DNA of 64,000 nt from contig JAFTQO010000009.1 in assembly GCA_017462735.1 (NCBI GenBank), positions 76,645-140,644 on the forward strand. The letters are read 5' to 3'. The notes under the pieces were generated by a model. The model saw only the letters and a list, made by a program, of their open reading frames with translations. It was not told where the DNA came from and did no database searches. Made by a program: the position numbers and the translations under genes. This stretch comes from Clostridia bacterium (GTDB lineage Bacteria > Bacillota > Clostridia > Christensenellales > Borkfalkiaceae). This document shows, piece by piece, positions 1-9,310 of the stretch; position 1 is the first letter of the stretch, and each line of letters starts with the position of its first letter.

Positions 1-3000
1 TCGTAGCGAAGGAAGGTATCGCTGTCGTAGAAGGAGTAGGTCGCATAGAAGGCGTTAACGTCTGCGGCTTCGTATTTGTCTTTGAATTGGCTAATCGCCC
101 AACCGTTGTCGTCACAAATGTTTTCGATGACTTCGTCAAGTTCGCCCGTGAACGCCGTTCTATCGGAGATAGAAACTTTGTTGGAGCCGATAAGCACGTA
201 ACTGCCAGCAGGGTTATCGTTGATTTCGTTTTCGGGGTCGGTATCGTCGATACCAGCGCGGTCACCGCTCCAAATTTCCAAGCGGTAGTTCTTTGCCGTG
301 CTACCCGTCGCGATATAGAAGGTAACCGTCTGCCAAGCGTCGTCGAGGACGTCGGCGGTGTCGTCGCCCGTAAGGGTCACGGACAATTCGCGTGCGGCTT
401 CCCCTTCGTAGCGTTTTGCAAGTTCGGTGTCGGCAAAGTTCTTGACTTCCACCGTCTTCGCGCTATCGGCGTAGTACTTACCGTCTTTATAGTAGAAGGC
501 GATTCCGTCGTTGCCGTCGTTCTTCCAAGCGTTCGTATAGTCGTAGGAGACGCCGCCCTCTTTGACGAGCAAATTGCCTTCGTCGTCCGTTTCGTAACCT
601 TCGAGGTTGAAGTAGTACGCGCTACTGTCTACGCCCGTGATGTTTGCGCCGACGCTGGTCGCCTTATATAAGCCGTTCTTTTGCAGTTTAAAGGCTATGC
701 CTTTACTTGCGACAAATTTATCGTCTGCAGGGTCGCTCGTACATACGTTACCGTCGTCGTCATACCAGTAGGTGACTCTTCTGCCGATAGAAAGGAAACT
801 TTCGTGTTTGTAGTCGTCCATATCGGCAAGGAGCACGGTAGCCGTCGCGCCATTACTTACTTTCACACGCAAGGAGATTGCGGTGGCAGAGTTAGCGGAG
901 ATGGTTTGCGTTGCGCCGATAAACCCGTAAGATTGCGCTTTATCGTTGTAGATAATCAACGGTTGCGTGGAGCCGCCGAAGAAGTCTTCTACGTTTTCTT
1001 TCGAGGTCAAGCCCAAACCGCTCGTCCAAGCGTCGTCTAAATACGCTTCCGCATAGTTTTTATTGATAAGACCCGCGTTGGCGTAGGTGTTGAAGTCTTT
1101 GTCTTGTGACGAGCCGCTGACAAACCCGCTGCCGCCGAAGACCCCTTTATAAGTCGAGGGGGTCGCAATGCCCGTTTCGATTGCGTCGATGGGCAGGTTG
1201 AGAGGGGTGTCGAAGGTGTCTTTCGCGCTTTCCTCTTCTTCCGCGTTCAAGGTCACTTGCTTAGCGTACGTGCCCGTAGCGATGCAAGAGAATTGCGTTT
1301 TGCTCATCGTGCCCAATACTTGGAAACCGGTGAGTGCCGCATAACCGTACTTGTAATCGGTTTTAGTCGTGCCGATAATCGTCGTGCTGCCGAGGGTGAT
1401 TTTCAAGGAGAAGGTGGTATCTTCCGTTTCGCTTTCGTTTTCTACGAAGAAGAAGCATTGTTGCCAGCCGTCGTAGATATCCTCTTTGCCTTCAACGTCA
1501 ACAGGTTGCGTAGCGGATGCGTCCAAAGAAGACAGGGTTGCTATTTCCTTGCCGTCTTTATCTACGGCAGAGATAGACACCTTATCTTTGCATTGTAAGG
1601 CGGAGGTTTTCAAGAAGAAAGACAAGGTCATTTTCTCGCCCGCTTGCAAAGTGAAAGCGTCGTCTTCTAAAGTAGCGGTATAGTTGGCGCCGTCTACGCT
1701 GTGCAACATCAAAATGTGATTGCTGTTGGGGATACTGCTAAGTTTGTCAGGGTCGAAGTCCTTTGCTAAAATGCCGCTAAGGTGCCCGCTTGCTTTGTTT
1801 GTTTTGTTTCCTTCGTCGACCAAGTCGCTGTAAGAGAACAAGCCCACGGTATCTTTATCCGTCGGGAAGCCCAGATTACCGTATACTGTTTTCGACGGGT
1901 CGTTGCCTGCTACGTAAGAGACGGTAACGTCTTGACCGTTTTCATCTTTGTAGGTCTTCGTTTCTTCGGTGAGTGCTACGGAAACGTTGCTGTCCTCCAA
2001 AGTCACGTTGTCGAAATTTTTGTGCAAGTCAAGTTCAAACGTGGTTTTGCCCTTGACGCCGAGGTCGCTAGCGTTTTCGCTGCGGTCGGCAAGCAACATT
2101 TTCGATTTGCCTTTTTCGTCAATCGTGATCGTTTTGTCAATCGTGATTTGCTCTTCAGTAGGGAGCGTGGTGTCCGTGCGTCTATCGTCGTACGTAGCGT
2201 TGTCGATAATTTTGCAAGTTACGTCGTCGAAGAAAGCATAGCCGTTGACGAACTCAAAGATAGAGCCGTCTGCTTGACCGAGACCAAGTACCATATTAAC
2301 GGTACTGCTAGAGTAAGAGGAACCTTTCACGTAAAAGGTATAGTTTACCCAACCGTTATCTTGCCAATCGCCCGTTTCAGGCTTCGGGTTAGTGATGGCG
2401 GTGTTGATGTTTTTAACTTGGAATTGGTCGAGCGTCGTACTGCCTACCGTGTGCGTGATACCGATATACGCGCCGCGGTTGTAGTCTACGCTAGCGGCGA
2501 CGTATTCTCCGTTTTCGTCGTAAGATTGATAGGTAAGTTCGCTAGTTTTTACCCAAAGGGAGATTTCCGCCGTCGTCCCTGCGGGGATAGTGACGGTAGA
2601 GGAAGAGGTGTATTTTTGCGCCGTGCCGCGGTGGTTCGTATAATAGTTGTGCAGCATCAAGACGCTGGTATCCGCATCTTCGTCCGTCTCGTCGTAGTTC
2701 CAGGTCAAGGGATTGTCCAACGCCACCGTTTCCAGTTTCCCGTCGGCGCCTTCCACCGATTTGGTAGGGACGTCGTCAATCGTGATGTTAAAGTTGTCGG
2801 TGTCTTCGTCGTAGAAGGACAAGTCCGTCTTTTTGTTGTTTTTATTGAGGGTGGTCCAAGTGTCGTAGAAATCGAGTTTGTCGTACGCACTCATTTGCGA
2901 CCAATACTTTTCCGCTTGTTCCTTGGTGGAGACGAGGACGTCGTCAGCCAAAGCCGACTTGGTTAAATTATCCCAAGCCTCTTTGTCCGTATCGACGATA

Positions 3001-3302
3001 CCGCTGGCGGTTTTGGAAGAATAGGTCGTTTCCGTAGACGCCGAGTTGTTGGTTTTCGTCCAACCGTCGACGGAGGTGATAATCAAATTCTTCCCGTCGT
3101 TGTCGTTGAAATATTCAAAACTTCCGTTTTTGATGGTGGATTTATCCGTCTGCGTCGTCGTGGAACTTCCGGACGAAGAATCGTCGTCATCCGTCGAAGA
3201 ATCGCACGCGGCAAGACCTGCAACGGTGGAAAAGACCATCGTCGCGGACAACATCATAGCGAGGAAAGATTTGTTCTTTTTGTTTTTAAGAAATTTAGCC
3301 AT
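1..3302 (-). CDS. Large secreted lipoprotein, partial (>1100 aa in window; continues past the window start). S/T/D-rich, function unknown
   Basis: The reverse-complement ATG at 3302..3300 is preceded by AAAGGTG. The N-terminus MAKFLKNKKNKSFLAMMLSATMVFSTVAGLAAC is a lipoprotein signal with a lipobox Cys, followed by a DSSTDDDDSSSGSS linker. The frame stays open to position 1. All listed plus-strand ORFs in 87..2966 are V/R/F-rich antisense artefacts. Confidence 0.7.
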   Translation of the reverse strand, partial: MAKFLKNKKNKSFLAMMLSATMVFSTVAGLAACDSSTDDDDSSSGSSTTTQTDKSTIKNGSFEYFNDNDGKNLIITSVDGWTKTNNSASTETTYSSKTASGIVDTDKEAWDNLTKSALADDVLVSTKEQAEKYWSQMSAYDKLDFYDTWTTLNKNNKKTDLSFYDEDTDNFNITIDDVPTKSVEGADGKLETVALDNPLTWNYDETDEDADTSVLMLHNYYTNHRGTAQKYTSSSTVTIPAGTTAEISLWVKTSELTYQSYDENGEYVAASVDYNRGAYIGITHTVGSTTLDQFQVKNINTAITNPKPETGDWQDNGWVNYTFYVKGSSYSSSTVNMVLGLGQADGSIFEFVNGYAFFDDVTCKIIDNATYDDRRTDTTLPTEEQITIDKTITIDEKGKSKMLLADRSENASDLGVKGKTTFELDLHKNFDNVTLEDSNVSVALTEETKTYKDENGQDVTVSYVAGNDPSKTVYGNLGFPTDKDTVGLFSYSDLVDEGNKTNKASGHLSGILAKDFDPDKLSSIPNSNHILMLHSVDGANYTATLEDDAFTLQAGEKMTLSFFLKTSALQCKDKVSISAVDKDGKEIATLSSLDASATQPVDVEGKEDIYDGWQQCFFFVENESETEDTTFSLKITLGSTTIIGTTKTDYKYGYAALTGFQVLGTMSKTQFSCIATGTYAKQVTLNAEEEESAKDTFDTPLNLPIDAIETGIATPSTYKGVFGGSGFVSGSSQDKDFNTYANAGLINKNYAEAYLDDAWTSGLGLTSKENVEDFFGGSTQPLIIYNDKAQSYGFIGATQTISANSATAISLRVKVSNGATATVLLADMDDYKHESFLSIGRRVTYWYDDDGNVCTSDPADDKFVASKGIAFKLQKNGLYKATSVGANITGVDSSAYYFNLEGYETDDEGNLLVKEGGVSYDYTNAWKNDGNDGIAFYYKDGKYYADSAKTVEVKNFADTELAKRYEGEAARELSVTLTGDDTADVLDDAWQTVTFYIATGSTAKNYRLEIWSGDRAGIDDTDPENEINDNPAGSYVLIGSNKVSISDRTAFTGELDEVIENICDDNGWAISQFKDKYEAADVNAFYATYSFYDSDTFLRY

Positions 3303-3525
3303 AAAACACCTTTTGCCGTATATTCGTCCGTGCAAAACACAGGTTGGACGGTTCGGCACACGCGTATGCGCGTTTACAAATAATATTGCACTCTATTATT
3401 TTAATACAAAACGCGCCGATAATCAAGCGATTCTTGTGAGAAAAAAATGAAAAATTTCGATAAAAGAAAAAAAGTTGCGCAAAATACAGGAAAAAGGCAG
3501 GGATTTATCCCTGAAAAGGAAATTT

Positions 3526-3906
3526 ATGTCAAAAACGCAACAAGTTTTTTCCAAGACGCAAGTACAAAGGATAGTGTGCGGGGCGCTCGTAGGCTTGGCA
3601 AACAGTCTATTCGGCGGCGGCGGGGGGATGATAGCCGTCCCCTTACTCAAAGGGACGGGGCTTAGCGAAAAGGAATCGCACGCGACGGCAATTCTTGTGA
3701 TTCTGCCCGTCTCGTTGCTTTCGTTTTTCGTCTATTTTGTGCAAGGATATTTCGATGCGAGCGTGGCGGTCCCCGCAAGTATCGGGGTGTTTTTCGGCGG
3801 GCTTTTAGGGGCGAAAGCCTTGCAAAAATTGCCCGTTAAATGGGTGGGGGTAACTTTTGCGGTTTTACAGGCTTTTGCGGGGGCGTGGTTGCTTTTAACG
3901 AGGTAA
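3526..3906 (+). CDS. TauE/SafE (DUF81) family anion exporter, N-terminal half-size ORF
   Basis: ATG at 3526 follows AAAGGA. The product is polytopic and carries the GGGGGMIAVPLL glycine motif typical of a TauE repeat unit. The stop is 2 nt before the next ORF. Confidence 0.6.
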   Translation: MSKTQQVFSKTQVQRIVCGALVGLANSLFGGGGGMIAVPLLKGTGLSEKESHATAILVILPVSLLSFFVYFVQGYFDASVAVPASIGVFFGGLLGAKALQKLPVKWVGVTFAVLQAFAGAWLLLTR

Positions 3907-3908
3907 AT

Positions 3909-4292
3909 ATGCAGTTTTATTGGTATCTTTTTTTGGGTTTTTTAGGCGGAATTCCCGCAGGGATGGGGATGGGCGGCGGCACCGTGACAATCCCCCTTTT
4001 AACTATCGTCGGCGGGGCGGCGCAAAAGGTGGCGCAGGCGGCGAATTTATTTGCGTTTGCGCCGATGAGTTTGCCAACTTTAAAAATGCACGCCAAAGAA
4101 GGCTTGTTAAAGACGGACGGCTTGCTTTGGACGATTGTCCCCGCCCTTCTTTTTTCGGCGGCGGGCGCTTTGATTGCCTCGTATTTGCCGGGTGCGCTAC
4201 TCAAAAAGGCGTTCGGGGCGTTTTTGCTAGGGCTCTCCTTTTTTACCTTGAAAGGGGCGCTTTCACAGGGCGGAGAAAGAAAGACGGACTAG
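3909..4292 (+). CDS. TauE/SafE (DUF81) family anion exporter, C-terminal half-size ORF
   Basis: ATG at 3909 lies in a different frame from the preceding ORF. The product carries a second copy of the repeat motif, GMGMGGGTVTIPLL, and four predicted TM helices. Confidence 0.6.
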   Translation: MQFYWYLFLGFLGGIPAGMGMGGGTVTIPLLTIVGGAAQKVAQAANLFAFAPMSLPTLKMHAKEGLLKTDGLLWTIVPALLFSAAGALIASYLPGALLKKAFGAFLLGLSFFTLKGALSQGGERKTD

Positions 4293-4541
4293 AGGTCCGT
4301 TTTTTTATAATTCGTGGGCTTTGGATATGCTGAAAGGGGGACGAAAAGGTTGTCGCAAAAAGGAAAAATTTTACTCAAAAAGGAAAAAATTTTAAAAAAG
4401 GGTATAGACAAATGAAAGTTTATATGATAAACTAGGGGTAATATTTAGGATAGGGGACTAGACGCAAAGCGCGATTTTGACCCAAATCTTAATGAAAGAA
4501 GACAACAAACAAAGAAAATTCCGTTTCAGAGAGGTAGGTTA

Positions 4542-6053
4542 GTGGAAAGAATAGGGATTATCGATTTAGGCTCCAACACGGCAAGACTGGTCATCGTGGA
4601 TATGTTCACGGAAGGCCATTATATGGTGGTGGACGAATTAAAAGAAAGCGTCCGTCTTGGACAAGATATGGACCGTGACGGTTTTTTAAAGCCGCAACGG
4701 GTTACGGAGACGATCAAAACGCTGAAAATGTTCAAGCGTCTTTGCGACGCAAGCGGGGTAGAACGCATTATCGCCGTCGGTACGGCGGCAGTTCGTCGCG
4801 CGAAAAATCAACGCTCTTTTTTGGATGAAATCCAAGCGACTTGCAATATTCATATCCGCGTCCTCAGCGAAGAAGAGGAGGCAATGCTCGTCTATCGCGG
4901 GGTTATCAATACGATGGACGTGCCCAAGGGCATCATTTTGGAGATTGGCGGCGGCAGTACGAAAATTATCTATTACAACAGAAGAAATATGATTCATTAC
5001 GCGTCCTTGCCCTTTGGGGCGGTGACGCTTACCGATTTGTTTGCGGGGGAAAGTTCTACCGAGGCGTCGGCAAAACAAATCGAAGAATTTTTCACCGAAC
5101 AACTTAAAAAACTCGATTGGCTTGCCGAAGTGGACGGCGAGACGCAGATGATTGGCGTCGGCGGGTCGTTTAGAAATCTGTTCAAAATCGGGAAATTGGT
5201 CAAGAAATATCCCTTTGACAACGCGCATAATTACCGCTTTGACAAGGAAGATTTTACGGGTATTTACAATATGATTAAGGCGTTGGACGTGGACAAGCGT
5301 AAAAAGATTAAAGGCTTGTCTCCTAACCGTGCGGATATTATGCCCGCGGCGATGGCAATTATCAACGCCTTTACGGCGTATATGCAAAAGGAAGAATTTT
5401 TACTCAGCAGCAACGGTTTGCGCGAAGGGCTTATGATTAACCAAGCGTTGCCGATGACGCTGGAAAAACCCGTTTCCGACGTGCTCGGGTACAGTTTGGA
5501 GACCCTCGTCAAGTACTACGGTTGCAGCGTCAAGCACGTCGAACACGTGATGCGTTTGTCCGTCTTGCTTTTCAAGCAACTGCGCGTCTTGCACAAGTTC
5601 CCCAGGCAATATTTGAAAGTACTTAAAATCGCGGCAAGTTTACACGACTGCGGTATGCGCGTCAAATATTACGGACACGCAAAGCACAGTTGCTATATGA
5701 TTCTCAACTCCTCCATTTGCGGGGCGACGCATCGAGAAATCGTCCTGGCGGGCTTTGTGGCAGGTTGCCATAAGCACGAGGATATCTCGATGGCAGATTG
5801 GGCAAAATACAAGGGGATCGTAACGGACGAAGATTTAGACGCCGTGAAGAAGTTGGGCGTACTGTTACGTATCGCGGAGAGTTTGGATAGAAGTATGTCG
5901 GGCGTGGTGCAAGAGGTTACCTGCGACGTCCTCGGCGATTCCGTGATTATGAAGACGATTTTGGCTGGCGACGCAACGCTGGAAATTTGCGACGCAGGCG
6001 CCGCTTCGGGAGAATTTAAAAAGGCGTTTAGAAAGAATTTGGAGATTTTGTAA
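4542..6053 (+). CDS. Ppx/GppA family exopolyphosphatase / guanosine pentaphosphate phosphohydrolase with C-terminal HD domain
   Basis: GTG start follows GAGGTAG. The N-terminus IGIIDLGSNTARLVIVD is the actin-like ATPase fold of Ppx/GppA. The C-terminal part carries HD-type motifs (LHDCGM...HAKHS). Confidence 0.85.
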   Translation: MERIGIIDLGSNTARLVIVDMFTEGHYMVVDELKESVRLGQDMDRDGFLKPQRVTETIKTLKMFKRLCDASGVERIIAVGTAAVRRAKNQRSFLDEIQATCNIHIRVLSEEEEAMLVYRGVINTMDVPKGIILEIGGGSTKIIYYNRRNMIHYASLPFGAVTLTDLFAGESSTEASAKQIEEFFTEQLKKLDWLAEVDGETQMIGVGGSFRNLFKIGKLVKKYPFDNAHNYRFDKEDFTGIYNMIKALDVDKRKKIKGLSPNRADIMPAAMAIINAFTAYMQKEEFLLSSNGLREGLMINQALPMTLEKPVSDVLGYSLETLVKYYGCSVKHVEHVMRLSVLLFKQLRVLHKFPRQYLKVLKIAASLHDCGMRVKYYGHAKHSCYMILNSSICGATHREIVLAGFVAGCHKHEDISMADWAKYKGIVTDEDLDAVKKLGVLLRIAESLDRSMSGVVQEVTCDVLGDSVIMKTILAGDATLEICDAGAASGEFKKAFRKNLEIL

Positions 6054-6061
6054 ACGAAACA

Positions 6062-6103
6062 CAAGCCGTCTGCGCGGCTTAGCGCAAGGCGGCTTTTTTT
6101 GCG
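6062..6103 (+). terminator. Putative rho-independent terminator after the ppx-like gene
   Basis: A GC-rich imperfect hairpin (gccgtctgcgcggc...aaggcggc) is followed by a run of 7 T. Confidence 0.35.
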
Positions 6104-6112
6104 GTAAGATAG

Positions 6113-6682
6113 ATGAAGTGGATTTTAGCAAGCGCGTCCCCAAGACGCAAACAACTGTTCAAAGAGTTGGTGGAAGACTTTGAAATACGTCCTGCAACGG
6201 GGGAAGAACGGGTAGATAAGACCCTTTCTCCTGCCGAGGGGTGCAAGGCGCTTGCCTGTCAAAAGGCAAGGGAAATTGCCGCGCAGTATCCGGGCAGTTG
6301 CGTTCTCGGCGCAGACACGGTAGTGGCGATTGACGGGACGGTATTGGGGAAACCCAAGGATGCGGCGGACGCTAAAAGGATGCTTGCGTTGCTTTCAGGA
6401 CGGACGCACGAAGTGTATACGGGCGTTTGTATGATTGCGGCAGACGGACGGGAAATGGCAGAGGTGGACTGTACCCACGTCCGCTTTTACCCTTTAAGCC
6501 AAGCCTTTATCGAAGAGTACGTCAAAGGCGGCTCTCCTATGGATAAAGCGGGTGCGTACGGGATACAGGACGGCGGTTTGGTCGAGGAGATCGACGGGAG
6601 TTATTCCAACGTCGTCGGGCTCCCTAAGCAGTTGTGCAAACGGATGCTTGAAGAAATGATTTCAGCGGAGGAAGAGAGATGA
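6113..6682 (+). CDS. maf: Maf-like nucleoside triphosphate pyrophosphatase (septum formation protein Maf)
   Basis: The N-terminal ILASASPRRKQL motif and the 189 aa length are typical of Maf. The stop overlaps the next start (ATGA). Confidence 0.85.
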   Translation: MKWILASASPRRKQLFKELVEDFEIRPATGEERVDKTLSPAEGCKALACQKAREIAAQYPGSCVLGADTVVAIDGTVLGKPKDAADAKRMLALLSGRTHEVYTGVCMIAADGREMAEVDCTHVRFYPLSQAFIEEYVKGGSPMDKAGAYGIQDGGLVEEIDGSYSNVVGLPKQLCKRMLEEMISAEEER

Positions 6683-7680
6683 AACTGGCTATTGATTTAG
6701 GTTCGTCCACGACGAAAATTTATTGTACGAACGCCGGCAACGGTATCGTCCTCGTCGAGCCTTCTTGCGTGGCGACGGTGGACGGAGAGGTTCGCGCCGT
6801 CGGGAAAGAGGCAAAAAATTTAATCGGGAAAACTACCAGCCAGACGCAAATTCTTTTCCCTGTGTACGAAGGCCGTATCGTCGACGGACGGTTGGCGGCA
6901 GAGATGCTCAAGCGCTTTTTCCAAAAGGTCGGGCTCAGCGGAATATCTTTATTCCGCGCGGATATCGTATTCAGCGTCCCTTGCGGAATTAACCCCTTAG
7001 AATTGTCCACTTACGCAACGCTAGCGGAAGAGGTCGGGCTGAGAAAGGTACGCTTTGTAGAGGCGCCCTATTTATCGGCGCTCGGCGCGTACGCGGTGAT
7101 GGAAGAGGGGAATCCCGTCTTTTGCATCGACGTGGGCGGCGGCGTGACCAACGTCGCGGTCTTATCGCTGGAGGGAATTATCGCAGGTTTTTCGATGAAC
7201 ATCGGCGGCAACAACGTCGACGCGGCTATTATCGACTATATGCAATCGCAAAAAGGGCTGTATATCGGTTCGCTGACGGCGGAACGGTTAAAGAACGAGA
7301 TAGGCTCCCTTTCTCCCAACGCACGCATTTCGGCGGTGGCGGAAGGGTGCTCGGTTTCTTCCTCGTTGCCTTCCTCTATTGGCGTGCAGTCGCTGGATAT
7401 CACGCCCTGTATCACGGCGTATATCGATAAAATTTTGGAGTACTCCAAACTCGTCCTCAACAAACTGCCGGCGGAAGTGGCGGCAAACGTCAACCAAAGC
7501 GGTGTGTTTTTATCGGGCGGGTTGATGAAATTGCCTTACGTGCGGGAGTATATTGCATCTAAATTAGACATGCGCGCGCAAATTTGCGAAGAGCCGCAAT
7601 TTGCCGTCGTCCGTGGCGGCGGCGCGCTGGTAAGAGACAAAAAAATGCTGGAAAAGATTGCTAAAAAATTGGAAGAGTAA
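6679..7680 (+). CDS. Divergent MreB/Mbl-like actin-family ATPase
   Basis: Motifs align with MreB: IDLGSSTTKIY, LVEPS, VGKEAK, DIGGG-T-VAV-SL-G, IGG-D-AI-Y, AE-LK-EIGS, LSGGL and VVRGGG. It overlaps the maf stop. No mreC or mreD follows. Confidence 0.7.
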   Translation: MKLAIDLGSSTTKIYCTNAGNGIVLVEPSCVATVDGEVRAVGKEAKNLIGKTTSQTQILFPVYEGRIVDGRLAAEMLKRFFQKVGLSGISLFRADIVFSVPCGINPLELSTYATLAEEVGLRKVRFVEAPYLSALGAYAVMEEGNPVFCIDVGGGVTNVAVLSLEGIIAGFSMNIGGNNVDAAIIDYMQSQKGLYIGSLTAERLKNEIGSLSPNARISAVAEGCSVSSSLPSSIGVQSLDITPCITAYIDKILEYSKLVLNKLPAEVAANVNQSGVFLSGGLMKLPYVREYIASKLDMRAQICEEPQFAVVRGGGALVRDKKMLEKIAKKLEE

Positions 7681-7689
7681 GGGGTTTTT

Positions 7690-8658
7690 ATGAGCAAAAA
7701 AGAAACGAAAGAGAAAAAAGCAAAAAAGGAAAAACGCCGTTTTGGAGATAGACGGGACGGGAAACTTATCCGTGATTTAGACGGGATGCATTTGATTATG
7801 CCGATGATGTATCCGGGGCGCTGCGCCAACGAGGCTTTCATCAACGTGATGGTGGATTTGACGGAGGCGAAGAAGTACCTGTACGAGAAAAATTCGCAAA
7901 ATCCTGCATACAGGTATTCCTTTTTCCATCTGTTATTGACGGCGCTGGCGCGTTGCTTGACTTTGCGCCCGAAGATGAATCGCTTTATCGCCAACAAAAA
8001 TATGTATCAGCGCAACGAGGTGTCGCTGGCGTTTACGATCAAACAGGCGCTCACCGACGACGGGGAGGAAGGGCTTGCCTTCGTACATACGACGGAGGAG
8101 TCTACGCTAGAGACCATCCGCGAAGATATGCGCGCGCAAATAGAAAATTGTAAGCAAGGCGGGGTGGACCCCTCTTCACAGACGCTCAATTTCTTTACCA
8201 AAGTGCCCAGATTTTTCACGCGCGTGTTCGTTAGATTTGCTCGCTGGCTGGATAGGCATGGCAAAATGCCGAAATCTATGATTGAAACGGATCCGTATTA
8301 TTCCTCTTGCGTTATCAGCAACTTAGGGTCGGTGCGAGTAGGCAGTTGCTATCATCACTTGACCGAGTGGGGCACGACTTCCTTTTTCGTGACGATGGGC
8401 GAGGTGAAAAAACGCCCCGTGTTCCAAAACGATGGAACGTTCGAGATGCGTGAAAGCATTGATTTAGGGCTGACGATTGACGAACGTATCGCCGACGGTT
8501 ATTATTACGGCAAAACTATCCGTATGCTGAAAAAACTGCTGGAAAACCCTTGGGTTTTGGAAGAAACGCTTTCGACGCCCGTGACGTTTAGTCCTAAAAA
8601 AGCGGTAAAAGCAGAGAAAACAGAAAGCGAGCAAGAGGTCGCCGCAGCCAAGGCGTAA
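7690..8658 (+). CDS. 2-oxoacid dehydrogenase E2 catalytic-domain-like acyltransferase (CAT-like fold), stand-alone
   Basis: It has a lysine-rich N-terminus and a C-terminal region ending in ...LGLTIDERIADGYYYG, which aligns with the E2 DHRxxDG active-site motif. The His position is Glu. Confidence 0.6.
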   Translation: MSKKETKEKKAKKEKRRFGDRRDGKLIRDLDGMHLIMPMMYPGRCANEAFINVMVDLTEAKKYLYEKNSQNPAYRYSFFHLLLTALARCLTLRPKMNRFIANKNMYQRNEVSLAFTIKQALTDDGEEGLAFVHTTEESTLETIREDMRAQIENCKQGGVDPSSQTLNFFTKVPRFFTRVFVRFARWLDRHGKMPKSMIETDPYYSSCVISNLGSVRVGSCYHHLTEWGTTSFFVTMGEVKKRPVFQNDGTFEMRESIDLGLTIDERIADGYYYGKTIRMLKKLLENPWVLEETLSTPVTFSPKKAVKAEKTESEQEVAAAKA

Positions 8659-8702
8659 GAGACTAAAAGGAAATGATTTTGACAAAAAATAAAGAATTTT
8701 TT

Positions 8703-8746
8703 ATCCCGCAATCCCTTTAAAATAAAGGAGTTGCGGGACTTTTTGT
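8703..8746 (+). terminator. Rho-independent terminator
   Basis: Stem tcccgcaa/ttgcggga is followed by TTTTTG. Confidence 0.6.
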
Positions 8747-8786
8747 AAAAAATTTCAAAAAAATTTAAAAAATTTTCAAAAAACCT

Positions 8787-8814
8787 ATTGACAAATGAAA
8801 ATTTGGTGCTATAA
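8787..8814 (+). promoter_or_regulatory. Strong sigma-A type promoter (TTGACA-N16-TGcTATAAT, extended -10)
   Basis: TTGACA lies at 8787..8792 and TATAAT at 8809..8814, with TG at -15/-14. Confidence 0.6.
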
Positions 8815-8820
8815 TTAAGG

Positions 8821-9225
8821 TACGAAAGGGAAAGAAAACCACAAAAAATGTGAAAACCTTTCAATTCAAGGAGATTAGACCGATGCACTAATTAGTGGAT
8901 AGCCAATGTCGATAGGGCGAGGGGAGACCGCAGGGATGCGGCCGAAAAAGAAGAAAATTTAGTTAAGGAGGAAAGAAAACCTATGATTTTCAATCTCAAG
9001 TCCCGTCCTTACAAAGAAGAAAAAGCGAGGTAACAGTCCAATGTACCAAATTATGAAGGAAATCAAGAAGGTACACTCCCCCTAAAGTGTAAATGGCGTG
9101 GAAAGCGTTAATGCCCACGCAAGAGAGTAACTCAAAGTGTAGGGGAATACCAAAAGCAATTTCCTACAACTGAATAAAAACGTAGATACAGCCCTTGCAG
9201 ATTTGCAAGGGTTTTCTTTTTGTCT
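8821..9225 (+). ncRNA. Candidate non-coding or leader RNA (~400 nt) bounded by a promoter and a terminator; class not recognised
   Basis: No ORF longer than 16 codons lies between the strong promoter and the terminator. It contains structured GC-rich hairpins (ccgcagggatgcgg) and mini-ORFs with perfect RBSs. It did not match the RNase P, tmRNA, SRP or T-box signatures that I checked by eye. Confidence 0.25.
9190..9222 (+). terminator. Rho-independent terminator
   Basis: Stem cccttgca/tgcaaggg with an 'gatt' loop is followed by TTTTCTTTTT. Confidence 0.6.
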
Positions 9226-9310
9226 CACCCTAGCAATTCTTCTCAACCCCTTGCATTTCTTTTTTTCTTATGGTAAAATTGTGGTGAAAGTTTCCAAAAA
9301 GGAGAAAAGG

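Noticed and set aside
87-2966. Plus-strand ORFs 87..671, 681..1040, 1257..1598 and 1782..2966 from the ORF track
   Set aside because: They are V/R/F/G-rich with no RBS, and they lie entirely inside the continuous minus-strand lipoprotein reading frame (1..3302). They are classic antisense artefacts.
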